Below are positions 1 through 13,057 of a DNA stretch of 64,000 bases, piece by piece; the stretch's first letter is position 1, and each line of letters starts with the position of its first letter. This DNA comes from Chrysemys picta bellii. Taxonomy: Eukaryota. Both the position numbers and the translations under genes were made by a program. The stretch is taken from NCBI RefSeq assembly GCF_011386835.1, contig NC_088809.1, forward strand, positions 13,454,001 through 13,518,000, written 5' to 3'. The notes below the pieces were generated by a model. It saw only the letters and a list, made by a program, of their open reading frames with translations, did no database searches and was not told the DNA's origin.

Positions 1-1064
1 CATATACAGGAAGGGGGGAAAAATGGTAAATACATGATGAACCAAGTTTGACAATTTCACTACACTACGGGGGCCATTTAACTTTCCCTTCCAATCACCC
101 TTTTCAAGCAGGGAAAGTTCACTGGTATGGTAATAAATTCATGAGCTTTTTGGCATCTCAGTTTCCTTGAGGATACAGGGAGGCCATTGTGGGGAGCTAA
201 AGTAGAAAGGAGAACTGATTCTGGACACAGCAATATGGAGTTAGGATCTCCAGATGCATAGATGCCAACTTTTCATCAAGTAACCCATCTTACTCTGCAG
301 GCCTGGGTGCCAGAAATCAGGGGCTTGCTTCAACTCCCACTGGTTTTAAAAGGTGTTGGATCAAGCCCCAGGAGAAAAGTATGTGTTATCCTGAGCACAC
401 AGGCTGTCGGGGGAAAAAAGAAAGAAAGAAAAACATATTGCCAGCAGCATGAGCAGGGAGGCACCGGAGGCTGAAGAAGCCTCCAGCCATGAAAGAATCA
501 CTCAATGGGAAATGTCGGGCAGGTCCTTTCCACAGTTAAATACTTGCACTGTAGGTGCACTTGCACAATTGGTTGTGATGGTGTTTTTTTTTTTTTTGGT
601 GCTATGCCAGACCTCAGCGTTTTTCAATGGAATTCATCCTGACGAGCAGATAGTGTGCATCTGGGAAGACGCCATGCATTCATTTCAAGTTTGCATTTGC
701 AAAATAGGAGAGGCATTTTTACATGGCTTCCCCCTCCAGCAAGAGCAATTTGCATTTATTCCTCTCAAATGACAGCTAGGAATCAATCATTCACTGTGCT
801 TGTGACTATCCTGAAAAATAAAAAGATACTGACATGAGTGGAAGGTATATGCCCTCAGGGCTGAGATGGGACCAGGAGATGAAGCACTCTGTAGCCTGTC
901 AGAGAAAAAGGCTATGTGCTCTAGGATTGCCACCTGCTAAGATTATTGCACGCACTTTAATAGAAAGAGAATGGCTGATTACTTTAGGAAATGCAATATA
1001 CAAATGGTGTGTGAGCGAGAGAGACCCAGGAGATGCCAGGTTAACTAGATCAGCTCATCTCTAC

Positions 1065-2713
1065 TCACTCTCTCACTCATGCCCGTCACCCCAGTCGGGG
1101 TATGGGCCGCCAACCACAGATCTCCAGAGTCCTTTATCCTGGGCCATTTGCTCTAGCTGGTTCCAGGTATAGCCCATTTTTTTGCTATCAGCCTGAAGGT
1201 CGCGTCGCCAGGTGTTTCTTGGACGGCCTCTTTTCCGCTTGCCTTGGGGGTTCCACCGCAATGCCTGTCTAGTGATGTTGGTTGGCTGCTTGCGTAGTGT
1301 GTGTCCTATCCAACCCCACCTTCTCCTTCTAATTTCTTCCTCTGCTGGAAGTTGATGGGTCCTCTCCAAGAGGTAGATGTTGCTGATGGTGTCTGGCCAG
1401 CGGATCTGGAGAATCCTTCTAAGGCAACTATTTATGAAGGTCTGGATCCTCCTGGTGGTTGTTTTAATTATCCTCCAGGTTTCAGCTCCATACAATAAGA
1501 CTGATTTCACGTTGGAATTGAACAGTCTAATCTTTGTTGCCAAAGACAGCTCTCTAGAGCTCCAGATGTTCTTGAGCTGTAAGAAAGCTGCTCTTGCCTT
1601 ACCAATCCTTGCTTTGATGTCTGCGTCTGTGCCACCCTGTTGGTCGATGATACTGCCTAGGTAGGTGAAGGACTGCACTTCTTCCAGAGGGATTCCATTC
1701 AGTGTGACTGGGTCATTACTGATGGAGTTAATCTTGAGGATCTTGGTCTTGTCCTTGTGGATGTTGAGGCCAACCTGTGATGATATGGCTGCCACTACGT
1801 TGGTCTTCTCTTGCATCTGCTGTTTGCGATGCGAAAGGAGTGCAAGGTCATCGGCAAAATCCAGGTCATCAAGCTGGGTCCACAACGTCCACTGGATTCC
1901 GTTCCTACGCTCATAAGTGGATGTCTTCATAATCCAATCAATGACAAGGAGAAAGAGAAATGGTGACAACAAGCATCCTTGTCTGACTCCGGTTCGCACC
2001 TGGAAGCTGTTTGTAAGCTGCCCTCCATGGATCACTCTACAGTGTATGCCATCATATAAGTTCTTAATCAGGTTGACCACCTTTACTGGGATGCCATAGT
2101 GCCGAAGGAGCTTCCAGAGAGTCTCTCGATCCACGCTATCGAATGCTTTTTCATAGTCAACAAAGTTGATGTACAATGAGGAGTTCCACTCCATAGACTG
2201 CTCGATTATGATGCGAAGCGTTGCTATCTGGTCCGTGCATGATCTATTTTGCCGGAAACCTGCTTGCTCATCTCGTAGCTGTGGGTCGACGGCATCCTTC
2301 ATTCTCTCTAAGAGAACTCGGTTGAAGACCTTCCCTGGCACCGACAGAAGTGTGATTCCTCTGTAGTTGGCACAATTGCTGAGGTCTCCTTTCTTGGGGA
2401 TTTTAATAAGATATCCCTCTTTCCAGTCTGCTGGAATCACTTCTTCTTCCCATATCTTCTCAAAGAGGGGGTATAGCATTTCCACTGAAACATCCAGATC
2501 TACTTTCAGGGCCTCTGCTGGAATATCGTCAGGTCCAGCCGCCTTCCTATTCTTCATCATAGTGATGGCTTTTCTGATCTCATCTCTGGTTGGTCTATCA
2601 CAATTGATTGGAAGGTCTTCGTTGGCTGGGTCAATGTCTGGTGGATTTAATGGTGCTGGTCTATTCAGGAGTTCCTCAAAGTGCTCCGCCCAAAGGACCT
2701 CTCTGGTGGAGTT
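1065..2713 (-). mobile_element. RTE-clade non-LTR retrotransposon, 5'-truncated, young copy
   Basis: Contains an RT ORF and a short GAGT/GAGA-type tail after the stop codon. Flanked by a perfect 10-bp direct repeat TCATCTCTAC at 1055-1064 and 2714-2723 (candidate TSD). Confidence 0.93.
1073..2692 (-). CDS. RTE-type reverse transcriptase plus C-terminal domain (partial ORF2; endonuclease domain absent)
   Basis: The 495-aa ORF has [38 protein letters not shown] and FTYLGS motifs and a GKRKRGRP C-terminus. The frame stays open upstream to [12 protein letters not shown] at 2692. Dead-on-arrival TE ORF, not a host gene. Confidence 0.92.
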   Translation of the reverse strand, partial: WAEHFEELLNRPAPLNPPDIDPANEDLPINCDRPTRDEIRKAITMMKNRKAAGPDDIPAEALKVDLDVSVEMLYPLFEKIWEEEVIPADWKEGYLIKIPKKGDLSNCANYRGITLLSVPGKVFNRVLLERMKDAVDPQLRDEQAGFRQNRSCTDQIATLRIIIEQSMEWNSSLYINFVDYEKAFDSVDRETLWKLLRHYGIPVKVVNLIKNLYDGIHCRVIHGGQLTNSFQVRTGVRQGCLLSPFLFLLVIDWIMKTSTYERRNGIQWTLWTQLDDLDFADDLALLSHRKQQMQEKTNVVAAISSQVGLNIHKDKTKILKINSISNDPVTLNGIPLEEVQSFTYLGSIIDQQGGTDADIKARIGKARAAFLQLKNIWSSRELSLATKIRLFNSNVKSVLLYGAETWRIIKTTTRRIQTFINSCLRRILQIRWPDTISNIYLLERTHQLPAEEEIRRRRWGWIGHTLRKQPTNITRQALRWNPQGKRKRGRPRNTWRRDLQADSKKMGYTWNQLEQMAQDKGLWRSVVGGPYPDWGDGHE

Positions 2714-3069
2714 TCATCTCTACAGCCACAGAAATATTGTTCACAGTGTTAAGTAGTTAAGAACAATTTCCTTTCCTGTTCCCTTTGCCCTCAAAGAAGT
2801 GCCATAACCATCCATTTGCTTTGCTACTGTCGGACGGCAGCAGCAATCACCCTAAAAGGAATGTTCTTTAAACAAAATGACCCTTCACAATCAGTCTAAC
2901 GTCAAAGCAACTTCTCAAGCAAAAAGCATAATCCAGGTCTAGTGATCAGGGTTGATGCTGCCCTCATGAAGTAGGTAAAACTCCAAGTTCAGTGGGAGCA
3001 TCTCCCTGCATAAGCATACGGGTCTGTACACCTTTTCAGTACTCTCTGATACCTCTTGTGAGAACTCCC

Positions 3070-3240
3070 TGGACTGGGACTCTAATCCCTGTTCTGCCAC
3101 TGATTCACCCTGTCTGAATCTCTGCCTCTAGACATTAATTTCCTCATCTGTAAAATGGGACCAATAATATGTGTTTGATTTACTAGCTAAGCTCATCCTT
3201 TGCAATCCATGAAGGAAGGTGCACTGTAAGTGCAAAAGAT
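3070..3240 (+). mobile_element. MIR/CORE-like SINE remnant
   Basis: CORE-like TTTCCTCATCTGTAAAATGGG motif preceded by a degenerate GGACTGGGA..CTGCCACTGA segment; boundaries approximate. Confidence 0.55.
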
Positions 3241-3440
3241 TCTTACTGTTACAAATGTGGTCTATGAAGCACACAGAAAGGTTTGTTTTGCTCATATTAC
3301 TGAAGTGATTTTTATACTCCATACACAACTTGTGTGGTATGTAGGTCAATTGAGCCCTAATCCTGTTTTACTACTCCTCTCCAACAAGTTAAGCACATGC
3401 TTAAGTACTTTGTCGGATTGGGCTGAAGCATAAATGGCTA

Positions 3441-4074
3441 CGTAACGGGGTCAGCACCTGCCTCTTGTGAGCGCTCCCTTCCCTGGCCAATAATGCCTGC
3501 AATCACAGTTCTTTTGAGCAGGTCTTCAGCAACTCAGCCCTCTGTCTGAGCTGCATTCACTGCCCCCTCTTCCAGGGTATACAGTCTCAGGTTTTTTCCC
3601 CCAACCCTGGTATGGGGCCATAGCTCTAAGGTTTCTTCCCAGACACCCTGCCTTCAACAACCCAACCCAGGCTCATCTCTGTACCTGCAGCTGGTGTCCT
3701 TTCAGCAGTGCCCTCTGGGCTCAATCTGCAACCAGACCAGCTGGGCCCCATCTCGGTGCCCTTGCCTGGTCAGGCCAGGTTGTAGGCTCAGACTGCCCAC
3801 AATGACCTGTCCACAATCCTGCTACTCAGCCAACCAGGCACCTGGTCTTCTTGGAGCTCCAAACAGAAACTGAACTCTCTGCTCTGCTGCTTGCCTTTTA
3901 TATGGCCCTTCTGACCCCTGATTGGTCACTCCAGCTGTCCCTCCAATTGGTTGCTTCTCTGCAGTCTCTCTAGGTTGCCTGGAGGACTTCTCCTCTATTC
4001 TATTCTGAGGTGGGGTGATGCAGGGCCAGGAGGCCTCCAGCAGGGGGCCTCCAGACCGAGTCCACTCCATCACA
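3441..4074 (-). mobile_element. Solo-LTR-like element (TG..CA termini)
   Basis: Termini CGTAACGGGG ... CCATCACA, related to those at 20693-21375. Minus strand has CCAATCAGG and ATATAAAAGG promoter-like boxes. No clean TSD. Confidence 0.6.
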
Positions 4075-5689
4075 GGTAAGATGAAAAGGCGAGTGGTTTT
4101 GATTCTCTCAAACAATGATTTTATGGCAGAGGGAAGGGATATTTCCACAGCACTATCAAAAAAGTTAGGAAGTGAACTAATTAAAAGAGAGAGTCTAGCT
4201 TATAGAAAGTAATCTCCCAAGCAATTCACAAGGAAACAATACTAGTTCAATCATGATATTCACTGAAAGGGAAACATGGGTGATTTGTACAGTTAATAGA
4301 TTTACCCTTAAAGAAAAGGACAATAGTCTAATTTAAAAAAAATCAGATACGTGCCAAAGACAGCCCCAGATAAATTATCATTCGTAAACTACTAGCTATT
4401 TTTCCTACAGACAAGACATTTGCATAGTTATCTTTACTGCCAAACCACTGTTGGATCACACTTCACTGTCACCCTTATATAATGCTGCAGTTCCTTTTGA
4501 TTTAGCAATATTATAACAATAAAAAGGAGATAAATGCAATGCTATATACAGAGTACAGAATTATAGGCAGAGCTGGTAATAACACATTTAGTTAAGGTTG
4601 CCTGACACTTTCCAGTATAAGACCCTGTTTTCAGTTGTTATTACTTTGCCAAACCATAACATTCAGGCTGAAATATATACTAGAGCAACTAAACCCCCCT
4701 ATAGTTCACATAAGCAGATGTTATATGCAACATCTAATCAGTCTTCTTTAAAAAAAAAAAAAAACTTTTGACAAAAAAGGGAAAGTGAGGTGGGACCCTC
4801 CTAACTTTTATTCAGCAGCCTCCAGCCTTTTTCAGCTCACCACACTGAAAGACTGACAGGAGGCAATGGGCCACAACTTGATTCACTTAAACTATCTGGG
4901 GGGTACATGACAAGTTGTACAGTCATCATCCTTTCCTTAATCATTTACTAGTCATCCCCAACTAGGTCCCAGCTATTCCGCTCACTGCAGAAGGTGAAAG
5001 GGGCCTATAAAAGGAGGGAAATAGACTTCCCACTGTTCCAGACATACCATCCCCAAGCCCTTCTTCTCCGCTCCCTTGAAGGGGACTCAGGAAAAGGGGG
5101 GGGGAAATCAGCTCCCCACTGTACAAGTTGTAGGAGCCCTAAAAATGCTTGTTCAGCTCCCCTAAGGGATGCTTTCCTTCACAGCCTTTTCCGATCTATT
5201 TCATCAGATAACCACATCCCTTCCATACGAAGTACCCACACTAGACATCCACCACACATTTAACATACTAAGTTGTGACATCCTACTCCACCTCACTGAG
5301 AGCCAGACCTGCTGTTGGGAGACAAAAAACACCCCATCCCTGCCGATATGGTGATGAGGGGAAAACTCGTTCCCAGCTCCCCCAAGGAAAATGGCAACTA
5401 GCATAATGCCCACAGCAGGTCAAGAGGGAGCCTGGTTTCAACACCAGGCAGACAAATCAAAAGTCACTTCTAACTAGCCAAGGAATTGTCTACAGAAATG
5501 GAAATCAACGTAACTTTTGGAATGCTGGATTTGGAAACAAGAAACTGGGGGAATTTCCCAGAGATAAATAGGGGACAATACCGGGGGTTGGGGGAGGCCG
5601 GGGGGGGGGGGGAGGGGGAGGAAGGGAGGAGAAGAGAATGGGACAAAAAACACTCCTTATGAAAACATTGATGGAGCTTCACCCTGATC

Positions 5690-6170
5690 AGCTAATGAAC
5701 TCTAACACCTGGACTTGATAATGAGCTGAGTGAAATCTTTTTTGGCAAATAGATATTTGCCAAAAAAAATGCATTTTGGGTCTCTCTGAAATTATTTGCA
5801 AATTCAGGCTGAATTTCACAAATAGCTTCAATTGATTTTTTTTTAAGTGAAAACATTTTATTTTGACTGGACTTAGAAATGGCATTTCATTTTTTAATTT
5901 GGCCAATATTTAAAATAACCTCTTGAATCAAAATGGAAAAAAAAATGAAGGAAGTTTCTTCTTTTCAAGTCAACTGAAATGTTTTGTTTCATTCTAAATG
6001 AACTTTTGAGTTTTTCAATTCAAAGAAAATTTTTGGAAACATTGGTTCCGATTTGAACTTTATTTTATTTTATTTTATTTAAAAAACAAAAGACAAAACA
6101 AAAAGCCAACCTTTTGGTTTGGCTCCTGAACCAAAAAATAAAAATAAAAAATCCATTACATACTCTAGTT
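5690..6170. mobile_element. AT-rich MITE-like repeat (TAGAGCTG..CAGCTCTA-type family), degenerate
   Basis: A/T-run-rich body with TTTCA/TGAAA motifs similar to the copies at 14078-14345 and 15007-15341; boundaries approximate. Confidence 0.45.
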
Positions 6171-7784
6171 CTGGTTGTTAAGCAGAGGGGAAGTGGAGGT
6201 GGATGGGGGAGAGAAATGCTTTCTGTATTTAACAGTGGCAGGGTCAGAAGATGACTTCCTTTCTAGAGATGTAGATTTTCTTCTCTTGGCTGTAATTAAG
6301 CTAAGGAAAGCCTGCCTCACTGGGCTTTAGTCAAATAAACAGATATGTAAGCCATTTCTTTTAATCAGATTTTCTCTGTTTTTAAAACAAATCCTGTTTT
6401 TTAAGAAGGATGCTAGTGGGTTGGTATTGTGTGCAGATCTCCCTGAAAGATGCAAAGCCCTTCAACCTCCAAGGAAAAGTAGAGAAGGCAAAAGGTGGGG
6501 TCTAAGGCCTGAGCCTCTATGCCTATTCCTAGTCAAACAGGTGTCCCTCGCCAAGTGAGATGTGTTGCAAAGGCTATGCCAGGCACATGCTCCAGGTGAA
6601 GTGTAAGGCCCAAAACAGAGACATGAGTTATTTGACAGGGATTATTAAGTTTTATTTAATGGTCCTGAAAGGTCCCAGATTGAAAACCTGGATGACAAAG
6701 GGCTTTTATTTATCTATAAAAAAGTACAGGATGGGCAATTGTAGTGTCAGATTCTGCCAACTCATGCCAAACCATTATGCCTCAAATCCTCACTTGAAGG
6801 GGCCATTTATAGGGCTGGCAGGGGGAAAAAGGAAAATATATTAAATGTACTCAAAATAATACATTCTTGTGATGCTTTCCTGCTTCTCTCCCCCCTCCTT
6901 AAGCTGCATGATCTATGGGGCTGGATAATTTTATATTATGCATCTCTTCTGGTGCCATGTAAACAACAGTAATGCCCATATAACTCTTGGCCTTACTGAC
7001 GAGACTACCAAATTAAAGCCATCTGTGGTGGCCATTTGATGTAACCACCTGTCCAGTAGGAACTGGATTGGGACCAGCAACTCACTATACAAAGTCCAGA
7101 GTATTTTATCCCTGTAACTGTGAAAGGAATATAATCAGCTTAACATTTGTCATACTGGAGAATATTAGAACAAAACACTTCATGTCTATGCATTGTACAG
7201 TTGGTGGAGCTGAAGTAATTATTGCTCTGTGCCACCACTTGTCCAATCAGAATGACACGTACACTTGGTAATTAGGTTTGTATAAAATTAAGAATTAATG
7301 TTGCATTTCTCCAACAACCACAAAACAAACCATTTTAAAAAGTGCACCATTGCCAGATAGAATGTACATTGATTTGACTGTATCAGCAAAAGGTAAAATA
7401 TTAAAGAATGACCTTTGGCGAAAGTCTATATTTAACAGACTTCCAATTGCAGATACACTGCACTAGTTGCTATGATGAAGTTCTGTACTCTCAGCTCTGA
7501 AGAAACTATAGAATGTACCACTTTTTAACCCTTTTGCGGTTGATACTTATTACACAGTTAAACTACTGGCATCTACAACAACTGCATGATCAGACCAGAA
7601 TTTTGTCATCTTAACTTTAATAGTTTATCCCCCTTCTACATTAGACTATTTCTAAGCAGGCATCTTGGGGAGGTATCACATTTCTCTAACCTGAAGATAT
7701 AAACTAAATTCAGCCTGAACCTGAATCCCAAATCCTGTCTGAAACCTAAACTACATCAAAACCCCACCTCCTCAGCACATCTCT

Positions 7785-8068
7785 GGCCTTGTCCACAGAG
7801 TGACGTAGTGTGCAGCAAGCCAGGGTATGAATGTGCAATGTGCTAGCCTGCTGCATGCTAACGCTACGTCTACACTATGAGCCAGTGGTGTGACTCCCAG
7901 CTTGAGTATACATACTGCTGTTCAAAGGTCTCATTGAGCGATCGTAAGTACACTATGGACATTTGAGTGTATGGTAGCCTGGTCAACATGGCCACTTAGG
8001 TTGTGGCACAAGTGCGTACTGTAGATTTACATTCTGGCTTGCTGTGCACTAACTAGTTAGACAAACGC
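7785..8068. mobile_element. Nested Harbinger-like palindromic MITEs
   Basis: Outer inverted arms TAGTGTGCAGCAAGCCAG / CTGGCTTGCTGTGCACTA, with an inner GCTACGTCTACACTA-type terminus near 7862. Confidence 0.55.
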
Positions 8069-8282
8069 ACTAATATATGGCCAAGTTCTACGGTCCTTGA
8101 ATGAGCAAAGCTATATTTGTGGGCGTAAGTTATTCCTAGGTATTGTAGTATAAAATCGACCATAGATTTGCACAGTACTTAAATTCCCCAACACATTGAG
8201 GTCACATGACCAGTCTCGTCAGCATAACAAGGACCTTATTATGTTTAACAGTACAATACAAACATTCTAGGCTTATAAAATA

Positions 8283-8537
8283 CAGCGGTGGCTCCAGGCA
8301 CCAGCGCTCCAAGTGAGGGCGGCAGTCAGGCAGCCTTCGGCGGCTTGCCTGCGGGAGGTCCGCCGGTCCCGTGGATTTGGTGACAATTCAGTGGCGGGAA
8401 CGCCGAAGCCGCGGGACCGGCAGACCTCCTGCAGGCATGCCGCCGAATCCGCGGGACCGGGGACCTCCTGCAGGTGCGCCGCCAAAGGCAGCCTGCCTGC
8501 CGTGCTTGGGGCGGCAAAAAAGCTAGAGCCGCCCCTG
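8283..8537. mobile_element. GC-rich hAT MITE
   Basis: TIR-like ends CAGCGGTGGCTCCAG / CTAGAGCCGCCCCTG and a perfect 8-bp TSD ATAAAATA (8275-8282, 8538-8545). Confidence 0.9.
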
Positions 8538-11500
8538 ATAAAATAGACACATACTTAAAAAGCCACTGTAAACTATAATCACTATCCCCTATGGAACAAA
8601 CAGAAATAGCCAAACCCTTTGTGTTATCAGTATAGAAAATACGGTAGTCTCCAGAAATTGCAATTTTATTGCAGGTCACACACCAAAATAACCTTGATCT
8701 TATTTTCCCCATTATTGTATATAGTACATGTATCCAGTCACATAGTGATACAAGTAAAAATGGTGGAAGATGTTCAACAGAATTTTGATCTATTTTTGAT
8801 GCAAAGAGTCTTCAGAGCAAATTAGCCATAATCTGTTATTTAGGATAGCAGGGCTCAATACTGTGTGTGTGCGCATGTCATATTAAGTTTTAATCATAAG
8901 AGGCAGTTCTGAAACAGAATTATTTATGCAAAGACAGGCACCAAGTGTGATATAGCAGCTCCCGTGTGGACAGTGTGCCCACTTCCTTCAGTCTATTATT
9001 ATTCCTCTCCACTCCCGCGCATCATTAAAGGGGCTTTTGTTAGCTGTAATTATAGATAGCCTATCCTCCGATCTGAACAGAGAATGCATTGAACGGAAGC
9101 TACTGAATGATTTCATAGGCTATCCGTTTTCATGTAAGTAATTCAAATCTATTCTTTCTAATAGAAAATCAAAACAGAAAACTTGCTCAGGTAACTCACC
9201 ATGAAGAATAGATAATGAAATGAGCATGTACCAGGTACGTACACTTAAGGCCTCCAAACATTTTAAAGCACAACTGACAATAATACTTTGTAGGCTCTTA
9301 CAAGTTCTTGCTACAATCTCCCTTGCTTATTAGTTTCAGCCAGGGTTTAGCAGGTTGTTAAACAGTTTTCCCTGGAACAACCCACCTTGCTCGCAGGTGC
9401 TATTCCTACTTGGAAAGGTTTAAGTGGGTTCTGCCTGCTCACTGAAGCATGTATCTGATTGGTGTAACAGACTACAAGGGAGGAGGCAGTGGTGGTCTGG
9501 AAGAGAGAGGCTCTGGAGTGTGAGTTGAGAAATCTGAAGTAGGAACCCTAGGTGCTGAAGCACCTTGGAAGAATGCTTGGGTCTGAACTTCGCACTAAAA
9601 GCCAACCCCTAGGAAGCATTAAAAACAGCTAGTGGAAGCTATTTGCAGTACACAACAAGTTTTACTGATCGTCCAAAACCCAGAAACTATCCTACATATT
9701 CATGAGCACCATCTACTGGCACTATATCTATTAACTCCCCTCTTACATATGCACAGGTATCGAGCATTTTTGTAACAAGAAATGGATGAGTTTCAACACT
9801 GCACATCTGCCTTTGTTTAAGAGCAGGTTGAGAAAGGCATCTGCCCACAACTGTATGTAAAGAATACCAGTTCGTAGTGACAGTAGTACGGACGGCACTC
9901 GGCACAGCCTAATGCACGGCCTTCTGCAATGCAAAAAATCTGCTAGAGACCTCATAGATGTGTGCAACTTTAAAACCAGGTCTCTATAAAGGTCCTAAAC
10001 AGATGGTCAGAGACTATAGCAGGTCTGTCATATTTTTGCCATTCATTCTGCCCATCTGCCTATCTTTTATAGCAGCCTAAAAACTTCCATTTTAATCAAG
10101 TTATTAAAGTACAAGATGAATACTCAAACGCTTAGCATGGACAAGCACTGTGGTTCTGAGGTTATCAGCTATAGAAATACTGTTAATTTCTTACACTTCC
10201 GCTGAGTATTAGAGCTCAACCAAAAACTTCTCAAAAATTCAGGCACATGTGAACATCAAGTAGTGTCCAAAGGCTCGTAGGATTAATAAACTATCAGCTG
10301 CACTTTTAAAAATAGTAGTAGGCACTGTCATATGTTGAACACTCCAAGTCCAGCCAATCCAGAAAGCATTTACTTCCAGAAGTAGCATTGGAAAAGCACT
10401 TAGGCTGGAACTGTGATTTTAAATGTGGAAGTACTATCTTCAGGGGAGTGTTTAGTGCAATGAAAATGATGCAGCCATTGGATGTACTGATGGTCCTCTC
10501 CACGGCCTTCAAATTACCTTCGGTGATGGGTCATCTAGATTCTGTTGTCTTCAAAGGTTTCCATTAGCTAGTTCAGTATTTATTGATACATGTCAGTTTG
10601 ATGGAGACCATATAATTCACTGGATTCTGAACTGCTTGGTGCCCAACTCAGACTTGATGGACTGAATCCAAGTCTGACTTCAGGGGCCTCTCACTTGTTT
10701 ACAGCTGCTAAGAATTTGGCCTCTTGACTTTGAACATCACACAAGTAATGAGGAAGAAGGCTGAAGGCTGTCAGGGGATTTGGAATGAGTGTTTAATTTT
10801 GTCTGTGGAAATAAAAATCTGTCTGTTCCAGACTGACAATACTTATTGCATAGTGGGTTTTCCTCCTTTTGGCTTATTGGCTAAACTGCACTCTTATTTT
10901 TATTAAGAGCAATATTCAACACTTTCTGTCAAATCTAGTTCTGAGTTAAGGCTTGTTTCGATTCTGAGGGTGAAATCCTGGCTCCAGTGAAGTGAACAGC
11001 AAAACTCTGATTGACTTAAGGGAGACCAGGATGTCCTCCTGTCTCTATAATGCCAATAACCATGGTCCGTTTGCCAAATACAATGTGTTTTTTAAGTATC
11101 AGCATGGTCCTAGTTAGGACTGGGGGTGGCAGGAGAGAGAGAGACAGACTTCCCCATTACTGTGGGAAGATCAGTGTAAACAGGAGTCTTGCGTTGCATT
11201 CTCAAGAAACGAAAGACAAGTTCATCTTGATCTTGCAGGACATTGAGCTCCAGAGCCGTATCTTCTTCACCAAGAAGATTTTGGATCTCCATCCACAGTG
11301 AACTTACATATGGGTAATAACTTATAATAATTATAACTGGTTGGAAAATGCCAATTGTTTCTTGCCGGAAATGTCTTTAATTTCTCACAATTTTGTGAGT
11401 CGCCCCCCTCCCCCCCAACAAAAAAACAACTCCCCCAAAACCCAATACTTTTTGGGTTTTCAGTCAAACATTGTTGAAAACTGAATCTGACTTAAATGGG

Positions 11501-12719
11501 ACTTGAAGATACCCTTAAAATAATGCGTACATCCTTCCCGAACAGGGATACTGCCCTGGATTAGGGTCAAGGGCTCCTTTTGTTTGCAGCTTTTTTGCTG
11601 GGAAGTTTGACCTTAAAGTCTGCTATTTTGGATACTTTGATCCTCCACTAGTTAAAGAAGTCAATGGATACAGGACCTACTAAATGACAGCCAATGAAAC
11701 CGCCTGAGATTGAGAAGGGGGCAGACTGCTTCTTTTAACAAAATTGCTTTCATGACGGCACAAAAATCATGCTGCTTTGTTAGGCCCCGTAATAACCTAC
11801 ATTGCAAATTGTTCCTTTGATCTCAGGGACCAAATTACCATGGTAGAGATCAAAATGATTTTTAAACATTATCTTTCCCACTGGCTGACTTCATTAGCTT
11901 TTTACAGCTGACACCCTACTCCTCAGTAACATGTTCAAAAGCGGTTTGTTTGCTATCGCACTCCAGAAACCTCAGCCAACAGGGGCTTACTGAATAGATT
12001 TCTGTTTACCTTGGGGTATGGTCACAGCATGGACCCTACTTGGTTGAGCATCATCACTAATGATTTTTTGTGTAACAAATGCTGGGACACTGTTGTGCTC
12101 ATTATGCCAGATCTTTTCATTGGAATTTAATGGCATTAAGTTCCAAAGGAAATGTTCTCTGCGTTGTCCCTAGATGACTTCCGTTATTATTAGTCTGCCC
12201 AGTTATACACTGGATAGCACAAGTGGCATCCTAACATAGCAGATTGTATCTGCCTGTCCCAGAAGAGGTAGCTAGCTTGGTCTCCAGGCTGTCACGATGT
12301 CTGGCCATTGTCCGGATCTCTGGCTGAAGGTTAAGCTAGACAAGAAACTAATTTACAGCAAGTAATATTTAGAATAACTATTTTTAATACTTTCCTACCC
12401 TTGATGGATTCACACCGATAAAAAAATATCAAAAATATGAAGTTTTCATGCAGATAGGTTTTTTTATATTTTTAATTAGTCTCAATAGTCAGATTAATAT
12501 AGCATATCTACAAGAACCTGTTCTCTGCATAGGGGTGTGTGTGACATATATCCTATAGAGTAGCGAAATACTACTCTTCTAGATAGGGGTCTGCTCCAGC
12601 ATTTTGCTCTTTAAACTGTCCATAAAAAGCTCAACTCATAAAAACCATGGGAATGGAGGATGGTGAAGACCGATTACATGTGGCTCAGTCAGGTGTACAA
12701 AGAGGGTAAGTGAGATGTA

Positions 12720-12985
12720 GTGTGGTCCAGTGTATATTGGACTAGGACCCTAGAGATCTAGGCTCCATTCTGAGCTCTGCCAGTAGCCAGTCGTGTGCCC
12801 TTGGGCAGGTCATTTCAGTGCTGTGTATCTGTTTCCCCTCCCACGCATTATGTGTCTTGTCTCATTAAGAGTCTAAGCTCTTTGGGGCAGGGGCTATCTC
12901 TTACTACAGGTATGGATAATGCCTAAAACTATGGAGCTCTCATCTTGATCGGGCCTCATGATGCTATTGTATACAAACAATTTCA
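12720..12985 (+). mobile_element. CORE-type SINE with L2-like tail
   Basis: CCCTTGGGCAGGTCATTT..CTGTTTCCCC core followed by a TAAGCTCTTTGGGGCAGGG L2-like 3' segment; boundaries approximate. Confidence 0.55.
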
Positions 12986-13010
12986 GAGAGGTATTGGGTT
13001 TTCAGAGTGA

Positions 13011-13014
<4 letters not shown>

Positions 13015-13054
<40 letters not shown>
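13015..13054. repeat. (GT)n microsatellite
   Basis: Uninterrupted GT dinucleotide run seen directly. Confidence 0.97.

Positions 13055-13057
<3 letters not shown>

Noticed and set aside
5583-5640. G-tract cluster able to form a G-quadruplex
   Set aside because: Simple low-complexity purine run with no supporting promoter or gene context.
7085-9272. Two minus-strand AG..GTGAGT-bounded mini-exon candidates (about 9199-9272 and 7085-7116)
   Set aside because: Joined translations are unrecognisable, and such sites occur by chance in 64 kb.
11110-11301. Protein-looking ORF MEIQNLLGEEDTALELNVLQDQDELVFRF
   Set aside because: No recognised family, weak splice signals and no partner exons.
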